A DNA stretch of 62,991 nt, filler included, from Nemertoderma westbladi (lineage: Eukaryota > Animalia > Xenacoelomorpha), in the NCBI GenBank assembly GCA_032718475.1. It is 3 parts of 3 records of this genome, joined end to end, with 100 filler letters (N's around TTAATTAATTAA, not from the genome) between each part and the next. Parts side by side here need not be neighbours in the genome. Positions count along the whole stretch, not along the records: positions 28,428 to 47,610 come from JAUCBJ010001810.1; positions 47,711 to 62,991 come from JAUCBJ010003443.1; 1 more part is not named here. One strand, written 5' to 3'. The translations under genes were made by a program, and so were the position numbers. Shown in pieces: positions 37,910 through 50,413 of the stretch (positions within the stretch are counted from its first letter, which is position 1; each line of letters starts with the position of its first letter). The notes under the pieces were generated by a model. It ran no database searches, had not been told where the DNA came from, and saw only the letters and a list, made by a program, of their open reading frames with translations.

Positions 37910-39690
37910 TGATGAATTGATGACTTTATTTATAAAATATATCTTAATTAAAATTAACACAGTTTTAAGTAAAATATTATTAATTAAAACATACTGTAAA
38001 TAATATCCTTTGAAAATTAACCAAATCAAGGTTATATCAACACTATACTTGAAAGTGATGGGGAAGAGGTACAGGTTAACACATGATAGCGGTTGGCGGA
38101 TATTTCGCCGCAGAATTTACAAAAACAATCCGTCGATGAAAGGTCGTGAAATGGGGCCGAGTTCACGCATATCAGATGGTGTAAACCATGGGCGGTTGCC
38201 CTGGTTACAACGTGTCGACGTGTTGGTTGCCACGTTTCCACGTTGAACAGCTAAAAGCTGGGCATGCAGTGTAGTTTCCATTTTCAAAGTTTGTTTGTCG
38301 TTCTGCACGAAACTGACGATATTCTTCGAGAACAGACGGTTTTAGAATTCCTGGGTGGTGTAGTTCTACAATGTCTTCTACTAAGGTGTTGCACTTGGTA
38401 AGATGGTGAGCCAAGGTAGCTGACGAGTTAGATGGCAGACAAAGGAGGCGTTTAAGAAATTTGGATTTAATTTTATCAAACTCCATTAAGTTTGCGAGAG
38501 TAAAATATTCAGCAATTTCAGGGAAGCTGTATGATACGGCAGGATAAATTTTCATTTTGAAAATTTTTAAGCCAGTTTCAATAGAGACGAGAAGGATATG
38601 CCCGAGGCAACCTATTAATGAGTAAGAATGTTGCTTCTTGTTTTCTATATGCTGTGTGAAACACAGTGTCGGCTGGAGAGTGATTCCCAGATAAACATAC
38701 CTGTTGCTAACTTCAACTGGCTCGCCGCTGAAAAAGAATTCGTCTTGGGAGGCCAGTCTACCGCCTCTTTGGAAATTCATTATTTTAGTCTTGTCCAAAT
38801 TTAGATTCATTTTGTTGTTTTCGCACCAGAGATGTAACTCATCTAGCCCGGATTGGACAGATGATTTGTCCGTTGAATAAAGAACCAAATCGTCTGCAAA
38901 GAAGATGAACACTATGGTAGATCCAATTCGACGTAAACATGAAGCCAGATCACATTATAAACATCACAAAAGCGGTTGGAGAGAAACAGTCACCATGTAA
39001 GATACCTCGCAGCTATTTAATAGGTGATGAATACTGAACTCCGTCATATATTTTAATCGAGTTGATGAGAATTCCTTTAATTAGACAATATAGCTTCCCT
39101 TTGATATTGAACTGTGTATAAATTTTCCATATGAGGATTTTTAGATCTACCATATCGAAAGCTTTCCTGAAATCAATGAAAGCGGCATAGACTGGTGTCG
39201 ATTGTTCAGCACTAGAATATACTTTCATATGTATGAAATTTATAAATATTCCTATGGCTTGTCTCGTTGATTTCCCATTGATAAATCCAAACTGTTCCGA
39301 TGGGAAAAGGTGTCTGCAATGTCTTTGAACCCGGGTGTTTATTATCGATGTTAGCAACTTTAAAAGGACACTAATCATGGCTATTCCGTGGTAATTACCT
39401 GGGTTTGATGTACTCCCCTTACCCTTGTATAGTACTTTAAACAAGCTCATTCTCCAAGAGAATGGAATCGAACCAATCTTTAAACACTTATTGAACAAAA
39501 GAACTAGAATTGTTAGCAGATACGGCAGCGATGTCTTTATATGTTCATAAAAAATCCCATCTAAACCACACGCCTTTCCATTTGCTGTTCTTTTGACTGC
39601 TTCCTCAACTTCATCATCATTGATCGAGTTATTAAACCATTAATCTGAGTTTTTCTCTTCACAGTTAGGTTCTGCTATGTTATATTCACT
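37910..39690 (-). mobile_element. 5'-truncated, disrupted non-LTR retrotransposon (RT plus C-terminal CCHC), RTEX-like
   Basis: Motifs GKACGLDGI, NYHGIA, EQFGF..GKST, AFIDFRKAFD, FADDLVL, KTKIMNFQRGG and YLGITL. C-terminal CKFC..RYHVLTC lies in another frame (38032-38241). AATAAA in the 3' region. Confidence 0.85.
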
Positions 39691-39721
39691 TATTAACGAC
39701 TTTTAATAGATACTTAAAGAG

Positions 39722-41770
39722 CACCAAAAGTGCAAGTAGCACTTTTTTCAAAAGTGGTAATTTCTGGTAATAATTGGCCGTAAAGTTTGGCTACTGAGGT
39801 TTTAGAATGTGTTGATTGCAGTTGGAAGGTTTATTCCTCTATATCAAACATATTGAAGAGTTGTGTACAATAACAACATAGGCATGTTGTTGTTATATTA
39901 GTCATTAGTCAGTTATTTGTGCCCCTGGAGCACGAAAAAAACAACTAGTGGAAATATGATAATGAAAAATAACCACTAAATCAAATTGATTTTATGAGCA
40001 TGTGGTTTTTTTGGGAGGCTGATCACGAATATGATATTTAAAAATATCATCATTTTTTTATTACGGCTTTTTTGGATACCTGTCAATGTGCGGCACGAAA
40101 AATACAAGTAGCACAAATTTGATAATCAAAAATCATGACCAAATCAACCTGATTTTCTGAAATTATGGGCTTTCTGGGATGCTAATTACGAATATGACAC
40201 TCAAAAATATCGTATTATCCAACCAAATTAGGTTTTTGCTGTTTGAAATTTTACGCTACTTGCATTTTTCGTTCCACTAACAAACACAAAAAAAGATAAT
40301 TGCGTCACCACGAATTATTTTTAGAGAGTTGTATCGTTAGCGCGGCTTTGAAAACCAGTATAGCTTCAGAAATACCAAACCAAAGGCAAAATATTACAGT
40401 TTGAGAATTTTTACTTGTACTTTTCGTCCAGGGGGATCAGAATGGCACCAAAAATGATGGTTGCATTTCTGAAATGACCCCCCACCCGGACCAATTAAGT
40501 AGTAAAACAGTCCGGTCCAGATAGGGTTAAACGTACCGGTAACTCAGGATTACGGTAGTAACTGAATATGAGTATCTTCATTCCGCATCAAACACATAGT
40601 AGATCCGTTCCTCAAATCATTAAACGACACTATATTCCAGGACATGGTGTAGTTAATAGTTAAGTATTAACCAAACTCCATTACATATCAATAATTGCAG
40701 TTAATAATAATTCCCTAAATAATATCAGTTCCTCATTATCGAAGTCGTAATATTAATCACTTATCTTAGCTTATCCTATCCTTTGTCTATTAAATCTACG
40801 AAGCAAACATTGTTAATGTGGTCACGCATTGCCTTGAGATACTCCAAATGGGCCGATATGTCCTCAGGGATTTCAGATAGGAGTCCCAGTGGTTTAGGCA
40901 GGATAATAACACTAGCGTCATGATTCTTAAAGAATAACCCCCCCCCCCCCCCCCCCCCCAAACCAATGTCGAGCAGTAGCTTCATCTCTACATCAGATAA
41001 ATAACTAATTTTACTCCCCTTCATGAATTTCGATGGACAATGGACGGTATATTCTCTTTACTGGCGGTCTTCGAGGAGTTTGTGGCAATTAGCGCACTGA
41101 AGTCGGAATAGGCTCCGGTTGAACCGTTTAACAGCATCTTTTGATAAAGATGGAGCTACTGTTGGTTACTAGTATATCGCCCATCGAAACACTTTCGTCA
41201 ACTCTTTCTGTAATAGAGCCCTAACGAGTCGAACTAAGTGCCACTGTAGACCGAGATCGCGAGCAGCATCCATACACAGATATACACAGCACTTTCAACT
41301 TTAAGATTCACATATATGTCCAGTCCAAGATTAGACCCCCCCCCCCCCCCCCCCCCTGGCAGCCAGCCCCTGTAGAGGTGATAATAACGAGTCAAATAAA
41401 CCCAGGTACGGACGTAATCAGATGTAATTGTGATAAGGCATTGATGCCTAACAGCATAATGCAGTCAACAGTAATGGAATGCCTAACGTACCAGTGACGC
41501 ATTGCATTGCAAAGCACATACCACATACAGAATAATACACTACCTTACCGGACCAGTACCAGACTTCCAGAGTACTGCTGTACTCAAATAGAAGTGCACT
41601 GGCTGGCACTTAAATTTTCCACTGACAAATTTGGCCATTTTTGAAAACACCACAATTATATAAACCTTGTCAATTAAATTAGCACATTCTAAAACCTCAG
41701 TAGCCAAACTATTCGGCCAAATTACCACATTCGCCTATTTGAAAATGTCAAGCTACTTGTAATTTTGGTG
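39722..41770. mobile_element. Inner non-autonomous TIR element (~2 kb) with TTAA near both ends (Kolobok-like?)
   Basis: CACCAAAAGTGCAAGTAGC...GTTTGGCTACTGAGGTTTTAGAATGTG (39722-39811) is the reverse complement of CACATTCTAAAACCTCAGTAGCCAAAC...GCTACTTGTAATTTTGGTG (41683-41770). CAAGTAGC-like motifs repeat internally at ~39.9-40.4 kb. Confidence 0.65.
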
Positions 41771-42504
41771 ATTTAATTTGATTTGATTTAATTTTGGTTG
41801 AATAAATTTGGTCATTTAGTGTCTATTAAAAAATAAACAATGAATATTTTATTCTAATTTCGCTTTCGATTACTAATAATTAATTCGACTAACCAAAAAG
41901 CATAGTTATGGTTTAATGGTTTTATACCAAAGTCTTTGAAAGGGTGAGTATTTTGAGTAATTTTATCAATCCGAAAAGTGCTGATATGGTATGGGTGCCA
42001 GGAACTCCTTATATCTCTAAAAATAATGGAGCTATTACATTTTTATTTGTCTCATCTCAAAGAGGACATAATTTTAGTTAGGGCCGAGTACTTTTGACAT
42101 ATAGTTTCAGGGGTTCTATCTTAGAGAAATAACTGGCTCACTAAATTTTGGGGCTTTGCAGCAGCTTGGCGGGTCGTATATATAGTAGGTCATGAATAGA
42201 CGCAAATAACAGCTGATTACGAGCAAAAATCCCCCCCCCCCCCCCCCGCCCCCCACATCCACAAACACCTACAACAACTGTCTCCCTGGGGAGATAAACT
42301 GAACTTTTTAAATCCTGCAACATAATTTGTACAGAAATTCTTAAGAATAAAAACATTCATATTTCAATAATTATTAGGTTTATTAGTTTACTGTAATAGG
42401 TCTAAACTTTTTAACTACTTTACACAATAACAATGTTATTACAGTGGAACTAACATCATAATCATACTGTAGTGATTGTAAAGGAAGACTATAGCGGCCA
42501 GGAT

Positions 42505-43224
42505 ACAAACATTAATTTGGGACACAAAAATTAATGAAGAACACACACATTAATGAGCGACACAAATATTAATGTGGGACACAAACATCAATGAGAAACA
42601 AACATTAATGTGGACACAAACATTAATGAGATACACAAACATTAATGTGGACACAAACATTAATGTGGACACAAACATTAATGAGATACACAAACATTAA
42701 TGAGATACACAAACATTAATGTGGACACAAACATTAATGAGAAACAAACATTATATTAATGAAGGACACATATTTTTAATCTGGGGAACAAACATTAATG
42801 AGGGACACAAACATTAATGAAGGACACAAACATTAATGAGGGACACACATTAATGAAGAACACACACATTAATTTGGGACACAAACATTAATGAAGAACA
42901 CAAACATTAATTTGGGACACAAACATTAATGCGAAACACAAATATTAATGAGGGACACAAACATTAATGAGAAACACAAATATTAATGAGGGACACACGC
43001 ATTAATGAAGAACACAAACATTATTTTGGGACACTAACATTAATAAGAAACACAAATATTAATGAGGGACACAAACATTAATGAGAAACACAAATATTAA
43101 TGAGGGACACACGCATTAATGAAGAACACAAACATTATTTTGGGACAATAACATTAATAAGAAACACAAATATTAATGAGGGACACAAACATTAATTTGG
43201 GACACACACATTAATGAAGAACAC
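42505..43224. repeat. Diverged ~20-21-bp tandem repeat (ACACAAACATTAATGAGGG), left part
   Basis: Recurrent CATTAATG palindrome. The array resumes at 45609 after the LINE. Confidence 0.92.
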
Positions 43225-45608
43225 TACTACTAGGATCGGCATGCTGCATTGCAGCTGCATTTTTAAGAATGCTGTGCCGGCTTGTCAACAAAATTGCACC
43301 GCCACAACTCCCTATCACCCATGACATTTGCTAGATCATCCGCATCTTTAAGGCCAGTGTCCTTTAAGATGCGTCTCAAGAAAGTCATGGGCTGTCCACC
43401 ATGCTTATTCACTCCATGAGGCTGCCAAAGTACAAGATTGTGCACTGGCTGGTCCTCACGGCGAAAGCAATGTCCTGCAAAGCGGAGGCGATTTTGTTCT
43501 AGTGTCAAGCTTGGGGGAACCAATGAGACACCTCCAATGTTATATAGTGTCTGGTTGGAGATGTGTGCATTGTACTTGACACAATGTACCCGGCGTAGCA
43601 TTCTTGTGAATGTGCCATCCAGAGATTTGGTGTCCTCAGCAGTTAGAGCCCAGCATGGACTCCCGTAGAGGAGTACTGGAACTACTGCTGCTCTAAATAA
43701 TCGGACCTTAAGTTTCCGATTAATTCTAGGTGACTTCCAAATCCTGGAAAGCCTATTCAAGGCTGCCCATGCCTTTCCCTTACGTATTCGAAGGTCCTCA
43801 CCTGACTTCCGGATCCATTATCCCAGGTAACAGAAGTCGTCCACATGCTCAAGCATACCATCCTTTGAGCTTATGCTCATCCGATCAGAGACTTGCTGAG
43901 GACTTTCAAAGTTAACTGTCAGAATTTTGGTCTTTCTGGTGTTAATAAAAAGACCAACACTAGAAGCAGCATGTTCTAATGAGCTGAGGAGCCGCTGGGC
44001 TCCCTCTAATGATTCTGAGAGTATTCCTAAGTCATCAGCAAAGTCTAGATCAGTTAGGTACTTGGCAGGATTTCCTCGACTTCTGGAGCCAGTAGGTGGA
44101 GTTATCATCACCCCATCATCATTATGATGATCTAAGGACATGCGTAGAACATAGTCAACCACAATAATGAACAAGAATGGTGCAAGTGTGTCTCCTTGGA
44201 GGACGCCCCATAACACTTCAAATGGTTCTGTGTCACCGTCAACAGTAGACACAAATGTTGTCGAACCATCGTATACTGATCTGATTGCTGCAATAATTTC
44301 ATCAGGAATCCCATATAATGAAAGTATGCTGAAAATACGTGAGCGAGAGACTGAATCAAAGGCCTTGAAGAAGTCAACAAAGATAACAGCCAGATGCCTG
44401 TCTTTCTTTTTTGATAACTCTTCAATTATCCTTCTAAGTGCCAAAATGGGCTCCATGGTCCCACGACCTTTACGGAACCCATTCTGATTTCCACGTAGCA
44501 GTCTCTCAATGGGATCCCTGATGCGATTTAATAGAATTCTATTGTATAGTTTTGCAGCAATCGAGATCACTGAGATTCCCCGAAAAGAACCATAGAGTGT
44601 TAGGTTGCCCTTCTTGGGAACTGGCACCAACTTATTTGTTTTCATTTCTTGTGGGACTCTTGTTGTACGGTACATGTCTACTATGATGGGATAGATGAGC
44701 TTTAAACACTCAGGTATTTTAAAGACCTCAGGGGGAACACCATCTACTCCACTGGCACGATTGGTCTTAATGCTCTTTGCAGCAGCCTTCACTTCTGCAA
44801 AGGAGATATCGCCAATGGGAATATCTGGGAGCACAGACTCAGACACTTTTACTTCTATAAAGTTATCAGGCAATACCCTGTCATTATTGAGGAGCTTTTC
44901 AAAGTGGGCTTTCCAACCATTGAGGCGATCGGCTGGTGATTCAGCCTTAACCTTGGTGGTTGGTTGGCTTTTCCGCCCAGTAAGCAGATTGATCGATTTC
45001 CATGCCTGGGATGATTGCCTGCTGTCGTCAGCATCATTGATGGCATCAACCTGTTGGTTTATTAGCTCCTGTAGATTAACAGAGTACTGCCTGTTCAGGG
45101 ACCTAGATGCAGCTTTAACTGCATTCTTGGCCGCTGTAGTCTGTTTGAGTCGGGACTCTTTCTGCGCCTTATGAAGGTGATTTCGGCACTTCTGAATTTT
45201 GTTGTCAGTCCAGGGGGCCCTTTTCCTGTTTCGAGGGTATACAGGAGCTGTTTCTGCAGCTGCTAACTTAACTGCTTCTGTAAAGGCAGTATAGCCCTCA
45301 CAGTGATCTGCCGCCTCAGAGGCAAGAGCCTCATACCTGTTGCTCAGCTGTAGTGTGAAGCTGGATCTCACACTTGGCTGTTGCAACAGAGAGGACCAGT
45401 CATGCCGTGGCAAGGCAGATTTCGTTGTTCTGCTAGCACGCAGACTAAGTCTTACCTTGGCCACAATAAGGCGGTGATCACTGGAGAAGGGTCGAAGTGT
45501 AAATGCATTACAGTCTTGTATAGAGCTCCTGTATTTCCTACGAAACAGAATATGGTCTATCTGGGACTTGTGACCACTGGGTCCACTACGAGTCCATAGC
45601 TTTCCAGT
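43225..45608 (-). mobile_element. 5'-truncated RTE-type LINE inserted into the 21-bp repeat; one internal stop
   Basis: The frame is open from ~45608: KLWT..GPSGHKSQIDHIL...SDHRL (end of the APE endonuclease), then RT motifs ASGVDG, FRGISV, QNGFRKGR, FVDFFKAFDS, GVLQGDTLAPFLF, FADD and YLG. A single TAA (43818-43820) reads through as YLG*WI into ORF 43263-43760. Short 3' UTR with a (TAG)n tail. Confidence 0.93.
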
Positions 45609-45850
45609 ACATTAATTTGGGACACAAACACTAATGAGAAACACAAATATTAATGAGGGACACATTAATTTGGGACACAATCATTAATGAGAAACACAAA
45701 TATTAATGAGGGACACACACATTAATTTGTGACACAAACATAAATTTGGGACTCAAAAATTAATGAAAAAAAACACATTAATTTGGAACACAAACATTAA
45801 TTTGGTACACAAAAATTAATGAAATTAGTGAGGAACACACATATTAATAT
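45609..45850. repeat. Diverged ~21-bp tandem repeat, right part
   Basis: Same unit as 42505-43224. Inverted units follow at ~45875-45920. Confidence 0.88.
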
Positions 45851-47610
45851 TAACGAACATTGTACCACATTAATGATTGTGTCCCTCATTAATGTCTGCA
45901 CCCCAGTTTAATGTGTGTGTGCTGCGCTATTAGCATCCTTATGCTAGTAAATATCTAAGTAAAGTTAGAATGCAGTTCATTTAAGAATAAACATCGATGA
46001 AGTAACACATAGCGTGCGGCATTAAAACTAATATGAATACTGCGCAGAAACAATTTACACATTTATGAAGTCTACTCGAGGCTATAATTAGACGGCCATC
46101 TGCCACACATTCCGTAACTACAGTATAATTAATGAGAATCATTATAATGGTATTAGTACACAATGACGCCGACACTGAAAGTCGTCCCAGGCCAGCGAAT
46201 ATTGTCCCAATTACAGTCCCAATCTTATCAGACTGTTGATGTTTGGCGAACAACAAAGTAGCGAACTAAGGACCACGCACACTAGATGCATGATGCAAAA
46301 CATGGGACTACCATGATGTTCTATTTTTTGAATCTTGATTCTCGAATTATAGAATACATGGATGGTAAGTCGTCCAATCTCCACTAAAGAAACAAGATGC
46401 ATGAGGGATTCTATTTTTTATAAATATGTCACCAAAGAAACGCAGCCGCCAATCCTCACTACAACATGCTGCAGTTCAATGACCTGCAGTAGATCATATA
46501 ACTTTGCTATAACGCCACACAGATCTCTTGTAATTTATTGGATGTATCCAATGCTCCTGTGAAATATTTTATGAAAAATGCTTTCAGCAAAAAAATTTAT
46601 TTCTTTTTTTCGTATAGTAATTTTTTCGTAATATTATATCCAATTTAACATAATAGTATATTTTATATTAGAGTAATAATGGTTGAGTAATTCTTCACCG
46701 TGCAGAAGAACGTAAATACAGTATGTAGAACTTAATGGAGACCGCATGTCGCTAGTATAGTTGTTAACATTGTTGATGATTGTTATATGGGTGTTATGTA
46801 AGTGTTTTCAAACATAGAAGCAAAAAAGTAAGATCAATAATATTGATTACAATGAGTTACTGGTGGACGTACCTACATAATGCACAACACACAAGCCAGC
46901 ATATAAACCAGCATATATAACTTACTGTATTATCAACATATTGGCATATAAAAGCTACCTTATAATATGTAGAGTAGACCTACAGTAGATAGACCTACAC
47001 TGTAGAGTAGACCTACTGTAGACCTGCAATACGAAATATAAATGTAATTTATTAGTTTTAATTTTATTATAGATCTCTTTTATTTTATTTATATATAGAG
47101 CTTGCAAATTATAATTTTTGCATCCTGGCCTATTTGGTCAGGGGCGGGATGGGGGTCATTTTAGAAAATTTTTTGTAATTAATCTGAATCTCTGAGTCAG
47201 ATTTGTCGGGAAAGTTGGGAAAACCGAGATTTCGTGACTTTTCCTAAAATTTAATTGGCTATCAAACAGGGCAATTATAGAAAGCTAACGAAAGTTATCG
47301 AAAGTTATCGAGAAGGTTAAACTAGGGGTGAAAGCTATCCATTTAATGATAGGGGGCACATTTCACACTTTCATCGTCCGATATCATTATAAACAAAAAA
47401 AATATGGCCTCTAATTCAAATAATTGCCGTTTTATTTCAAATAAATACTTCAACAAATATGTATTCACTAACAGCAGTAAGCGTTGGTGTACTGTGTTAC
47501 AGTGCTAGGGGTGTAGGCTACTGCAGTAGCAGTACTGGTGTCCCTCCACACCCTGCTGCATCACATTCATTAAAATCTGAACACAGGGCGGTGGATTACT
47601 GCATTACAGC

Positions 47611-47710
47611 NNNNNNNNNNNNNNNNNNNNNNNNNNNNNNNNNNNNNNNNNNNNTTAATTAATTAANNNNNNNNNNNNNNNNNNNNNNNNNNNNNNNNNN
47701 NNNNNNNNNN
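47611..47710. other. Artificial contig linker
   Basis: 44 N + TTAATTAATTAA + 44 N. Confidence 0.97.
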
Positions 47711-47725
47711 GTTTTAATAGGGACG
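47711..47725 (+). mobile_element. Terminal 15 bp of a second copy of the Sola1 family, at the contig edge
   Basis: GTTTTAATAGGGACG is identical to 35931-35945, and the similarity stops exactly at the element end. Confidence 0.75.
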
Positions 47726-49850
47726 ACATATGGCTTCCACAATTGATGAATGTCTAACTACAGGAAATTTTCAAAAATTAGATCATCCATATGTGACAAT
47801 TAGTAATGGAACAGGTCGTCACTTATCACATACAGGTAAAAATAATCTTCCATCTAAAAAAGATTTTTGTGCCACATTAACAAAACGAATTGATAAGGAA
47901 GCAACTAAGCAAGCACAATCAGAAGCTTCCAAGTCTGGTTCCAATCGAAGAGTGGCCAAAGTTAAAAAGGATGTTTTAGGTGCAAGAGGCGAAAACCTCA
48001 ATCATTATTCCTAGAGCCAGCTATATATAGAGACCCTCATAAAAAATATATCACCCATTTATCATTCGAAAGTAATGATAAATGGTTTAATGGAGCTGAT
48101 CCATTTGCAGTTATGCATTTTCTGGGAAATTGTGATGGCAAAGCAATTGTCCCTTCACAGCTGATAAAACCACCAACACTTTGTTGGGACAATAATGATG
48201 ATGATGCACTTTCCATGCCAAGCGTAAATTTTTATGCAGAAGCTGGTGATGGTTTGGACGAATATCAGCTTAAATATGCGTTCAAAGGACCACTACCACC
48301 TAAAACACCAGCTCAGATTATTTTGGCTGCTACTGAATCTTTAGAACCAGACAATCACATTAGGGAAAGAGATATTCAAAGGATGTATAACATACTTGCC
48401 CTAGAGGGAACTAGTTGTATTTTTCAAGCGCATCAGTTTATTGGTGGTTTGCCTTTTATAATAAAAAATATGGACAATACTGGCGTTAACGTTTCCGGCA
48501 CATTTATTCTCCGTAAAGTCAAAGATATAGATGATATTGGAGATGATTATGCAACAAATACACTAAAACGATTTGACAAAAGGCACTCTCTTGATGAGTC
48601 TTCCTTGCCAAGAGGTGTATCTCTGGGAACAATTAAGAGTGAAATGTCACCATATCAATTTTATGATTTATTTTCATGTAATGAAAAGTTTGACAAGGTA
48701 AGCAAACAATTTTCTTTATGTATACATAACCGACAATTGCAATGTAAAGATAGACTTAAAACAATAAGCCTAATGCCAACAGTAACATTAGCACAAGCAA
48801 ATCCGAATGGTAAATTTTATTGGCAATTTTGTCGGTTGGTTGTTATGTACTGCAAAAAGGTTCATAAAATATATGAGGATTACAAATGGAAAGGATTTAC
48901 CAACATACCTTTATAAATTTTATAAAAAATATCATCATCCTAATACATCTGAATGCAGCTCTGATTCAGATTCGACTGGAGCAGAAGGTAATTCTGGCAT
49001 TGATGACATTGAAAGAGAACAACAGCCTATTAAAGAACTCAACCATGATATTGATGATGAGTTTAAAGAAAGAACAACTGCACATGATGTGGAAGATAAT
49101 TTTTATCAAAATATTACAGACAAAATAAGATCAGATCTTCCAGATCCTCAGGAACTTCAAATAGATCAAGAAACAGATAACTTACAACAATATGCAAATC
49201 CAGAAAATGTTGATTTTATGCAAATGTGGACTAAAGGGAAACACATAGAACAAAGTCAGGTTAAAGCGCGCTTTGAATATATGAAAACTGTTTGGGGCAG
49301 CAATGATACTGTTAAATCATTGTTAGGCAATAAACAGCGTCTTATTCCTAATATTATATCCACATTTGTGAAAGAACAGTTAAATTATCGAATTGGTAAT
49401 TGTGAAAAACCTAAACCACTAAGACTTTTTATTTCTGGATACCCAGGAACTGGTAAATCCCATACCATGAAATATACAATTGGGAAATTAACAGATATAT
49501 TAGGTGAAGAATGGTATCAAAATGTTAAATTGGATGCTCCAACTGGAGCTGCATCTTTTCAAATGGGTAATGGGTCACAGATTATTCATAAATTGTTTGC
49601 TATTCGAGTTGGTGAAGTTGGGAAACCTTTAGCTGAGACATCTGACAAACTAGCTGAATTGTGTCTTTCCCTTGGAGAAGAACTAATGCTTATTGTCATA
49701 GATGAATTCACCATGTTTGGCAGATCTCTTTTCCAAGCAGTTTTTGATAGGTTGAAGGAGGTTAAAGTAGATTTAGAACGTATTGGAATTGTCTTTGTGG
49801 GTGATCCAGCCCAACTTCTACCAATAGGAGATCTACCAATATGGAGTATA
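47726..49850 (+). pseudogene. Frameshifted Helentron/Helitron2-type RepHel fragment (C-terminal part of the HUH Rep plus N-terminal half of a PIF1 helicase)
   Basis: Rep-like FESNDKWFNGADPFAVMHFLGNCDGKAI (cf. RND..LN.YNP.....WRANMD) and the catalytic Y..KY motif EYQLKYAFK. An acidic linker follows, then PIF1 motifs I (SGYPGTGKS), Ia (APTGAAS), II (IVIDEFTM) and III (VGDPAQLLPI). Frameshifts near 47965 and ~48850-48900; truncated after motif III. Confidence 0.8.
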
Positions 49851-49882
49851 CATACAAGTATATATGATCAAGCTTATAGTTA

Positions 49883-50413
49883 GTTATAACTGAAATCAAT
49901 CATGAGGATATTGTTGATCTCAAGAAAGTAGCAGATTCATGTTTCGTAAATACTACAAAGCACATGATTCATTGTGATGATCATGATCCTAAGAAATGTG
50001 TATTTGAGGCTGTCAATTGGCCAAAGAATGTTAACTTGAAGTACATAAAAGGAGAACCCACGAAGATATGGTACAAACATTCCTTTGCAGATGACTTCAA
50101 AGTTCTGGATGTTACATACCGTTTACCCAGGCGGAGATCAGAGCGCCGATTACAACCACCAGATGTCATAAAAATAACCGATGCAAAATTTGAACAACTC
50201 TATACTGGAAAGATCCCTATATCTAATGCTAAATACAATGATCTTATTAAGTTATGTGCTGGACCAGCCCCACCAATCCACCCTGATTTTCACTATTATT
50301 ATATAAACATGCCCCACAGTGGAGAAATCATCGAGCACCTGGATGAACCACACTATGATGAAGGTGAATGTATTGATTCATCTGGTCAGGTTATTGGGTT
50401 GATGAATAAGTAA
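49883..50413 (+). pseudogene. C-terminal fragment of a second, divergent Sola-type transposase
   Basis: VITEINHEDIVDLK...VNW..V..LKY...LYTGKIPISNAKYNDLIKLC...IHPDFHYYY aligns with EVQVLETKNVLKW...VRWSKMR...PCISRAKYNDLMKLV...IPKIFH in 34692-35318. Confidence 0.78.

Larger units (their letters stand above)
37585..42120. repeat. Outer inverted repeat pair (~37585-37810 and ~41906-42120) enclosing a LINE and an inner TIR element
   Basis: GATGAGACAAATAAAAAT / ATTTTTATTTGTCTCATC, TGGCACCCATACCATATCA / TGATATGGTATGGGTGCCA and TCAAAGACTTTGGTATAA / TTATACCAAAGTCTTTGA are reverse complements in matching order. Confidence 0.8.

Noticed and set aside
45955-46760. Possible small Helitron (A|TCTAAG...GCTAG|T)
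   Set aside because: No convincing 3' hairpin and no second copy in the window.
48807-49883. Cellular PIF1 helicase gene
   Set aside because: It is preceded by Rep-like motifs, is intronless, frameshifted and truncated after motif III.
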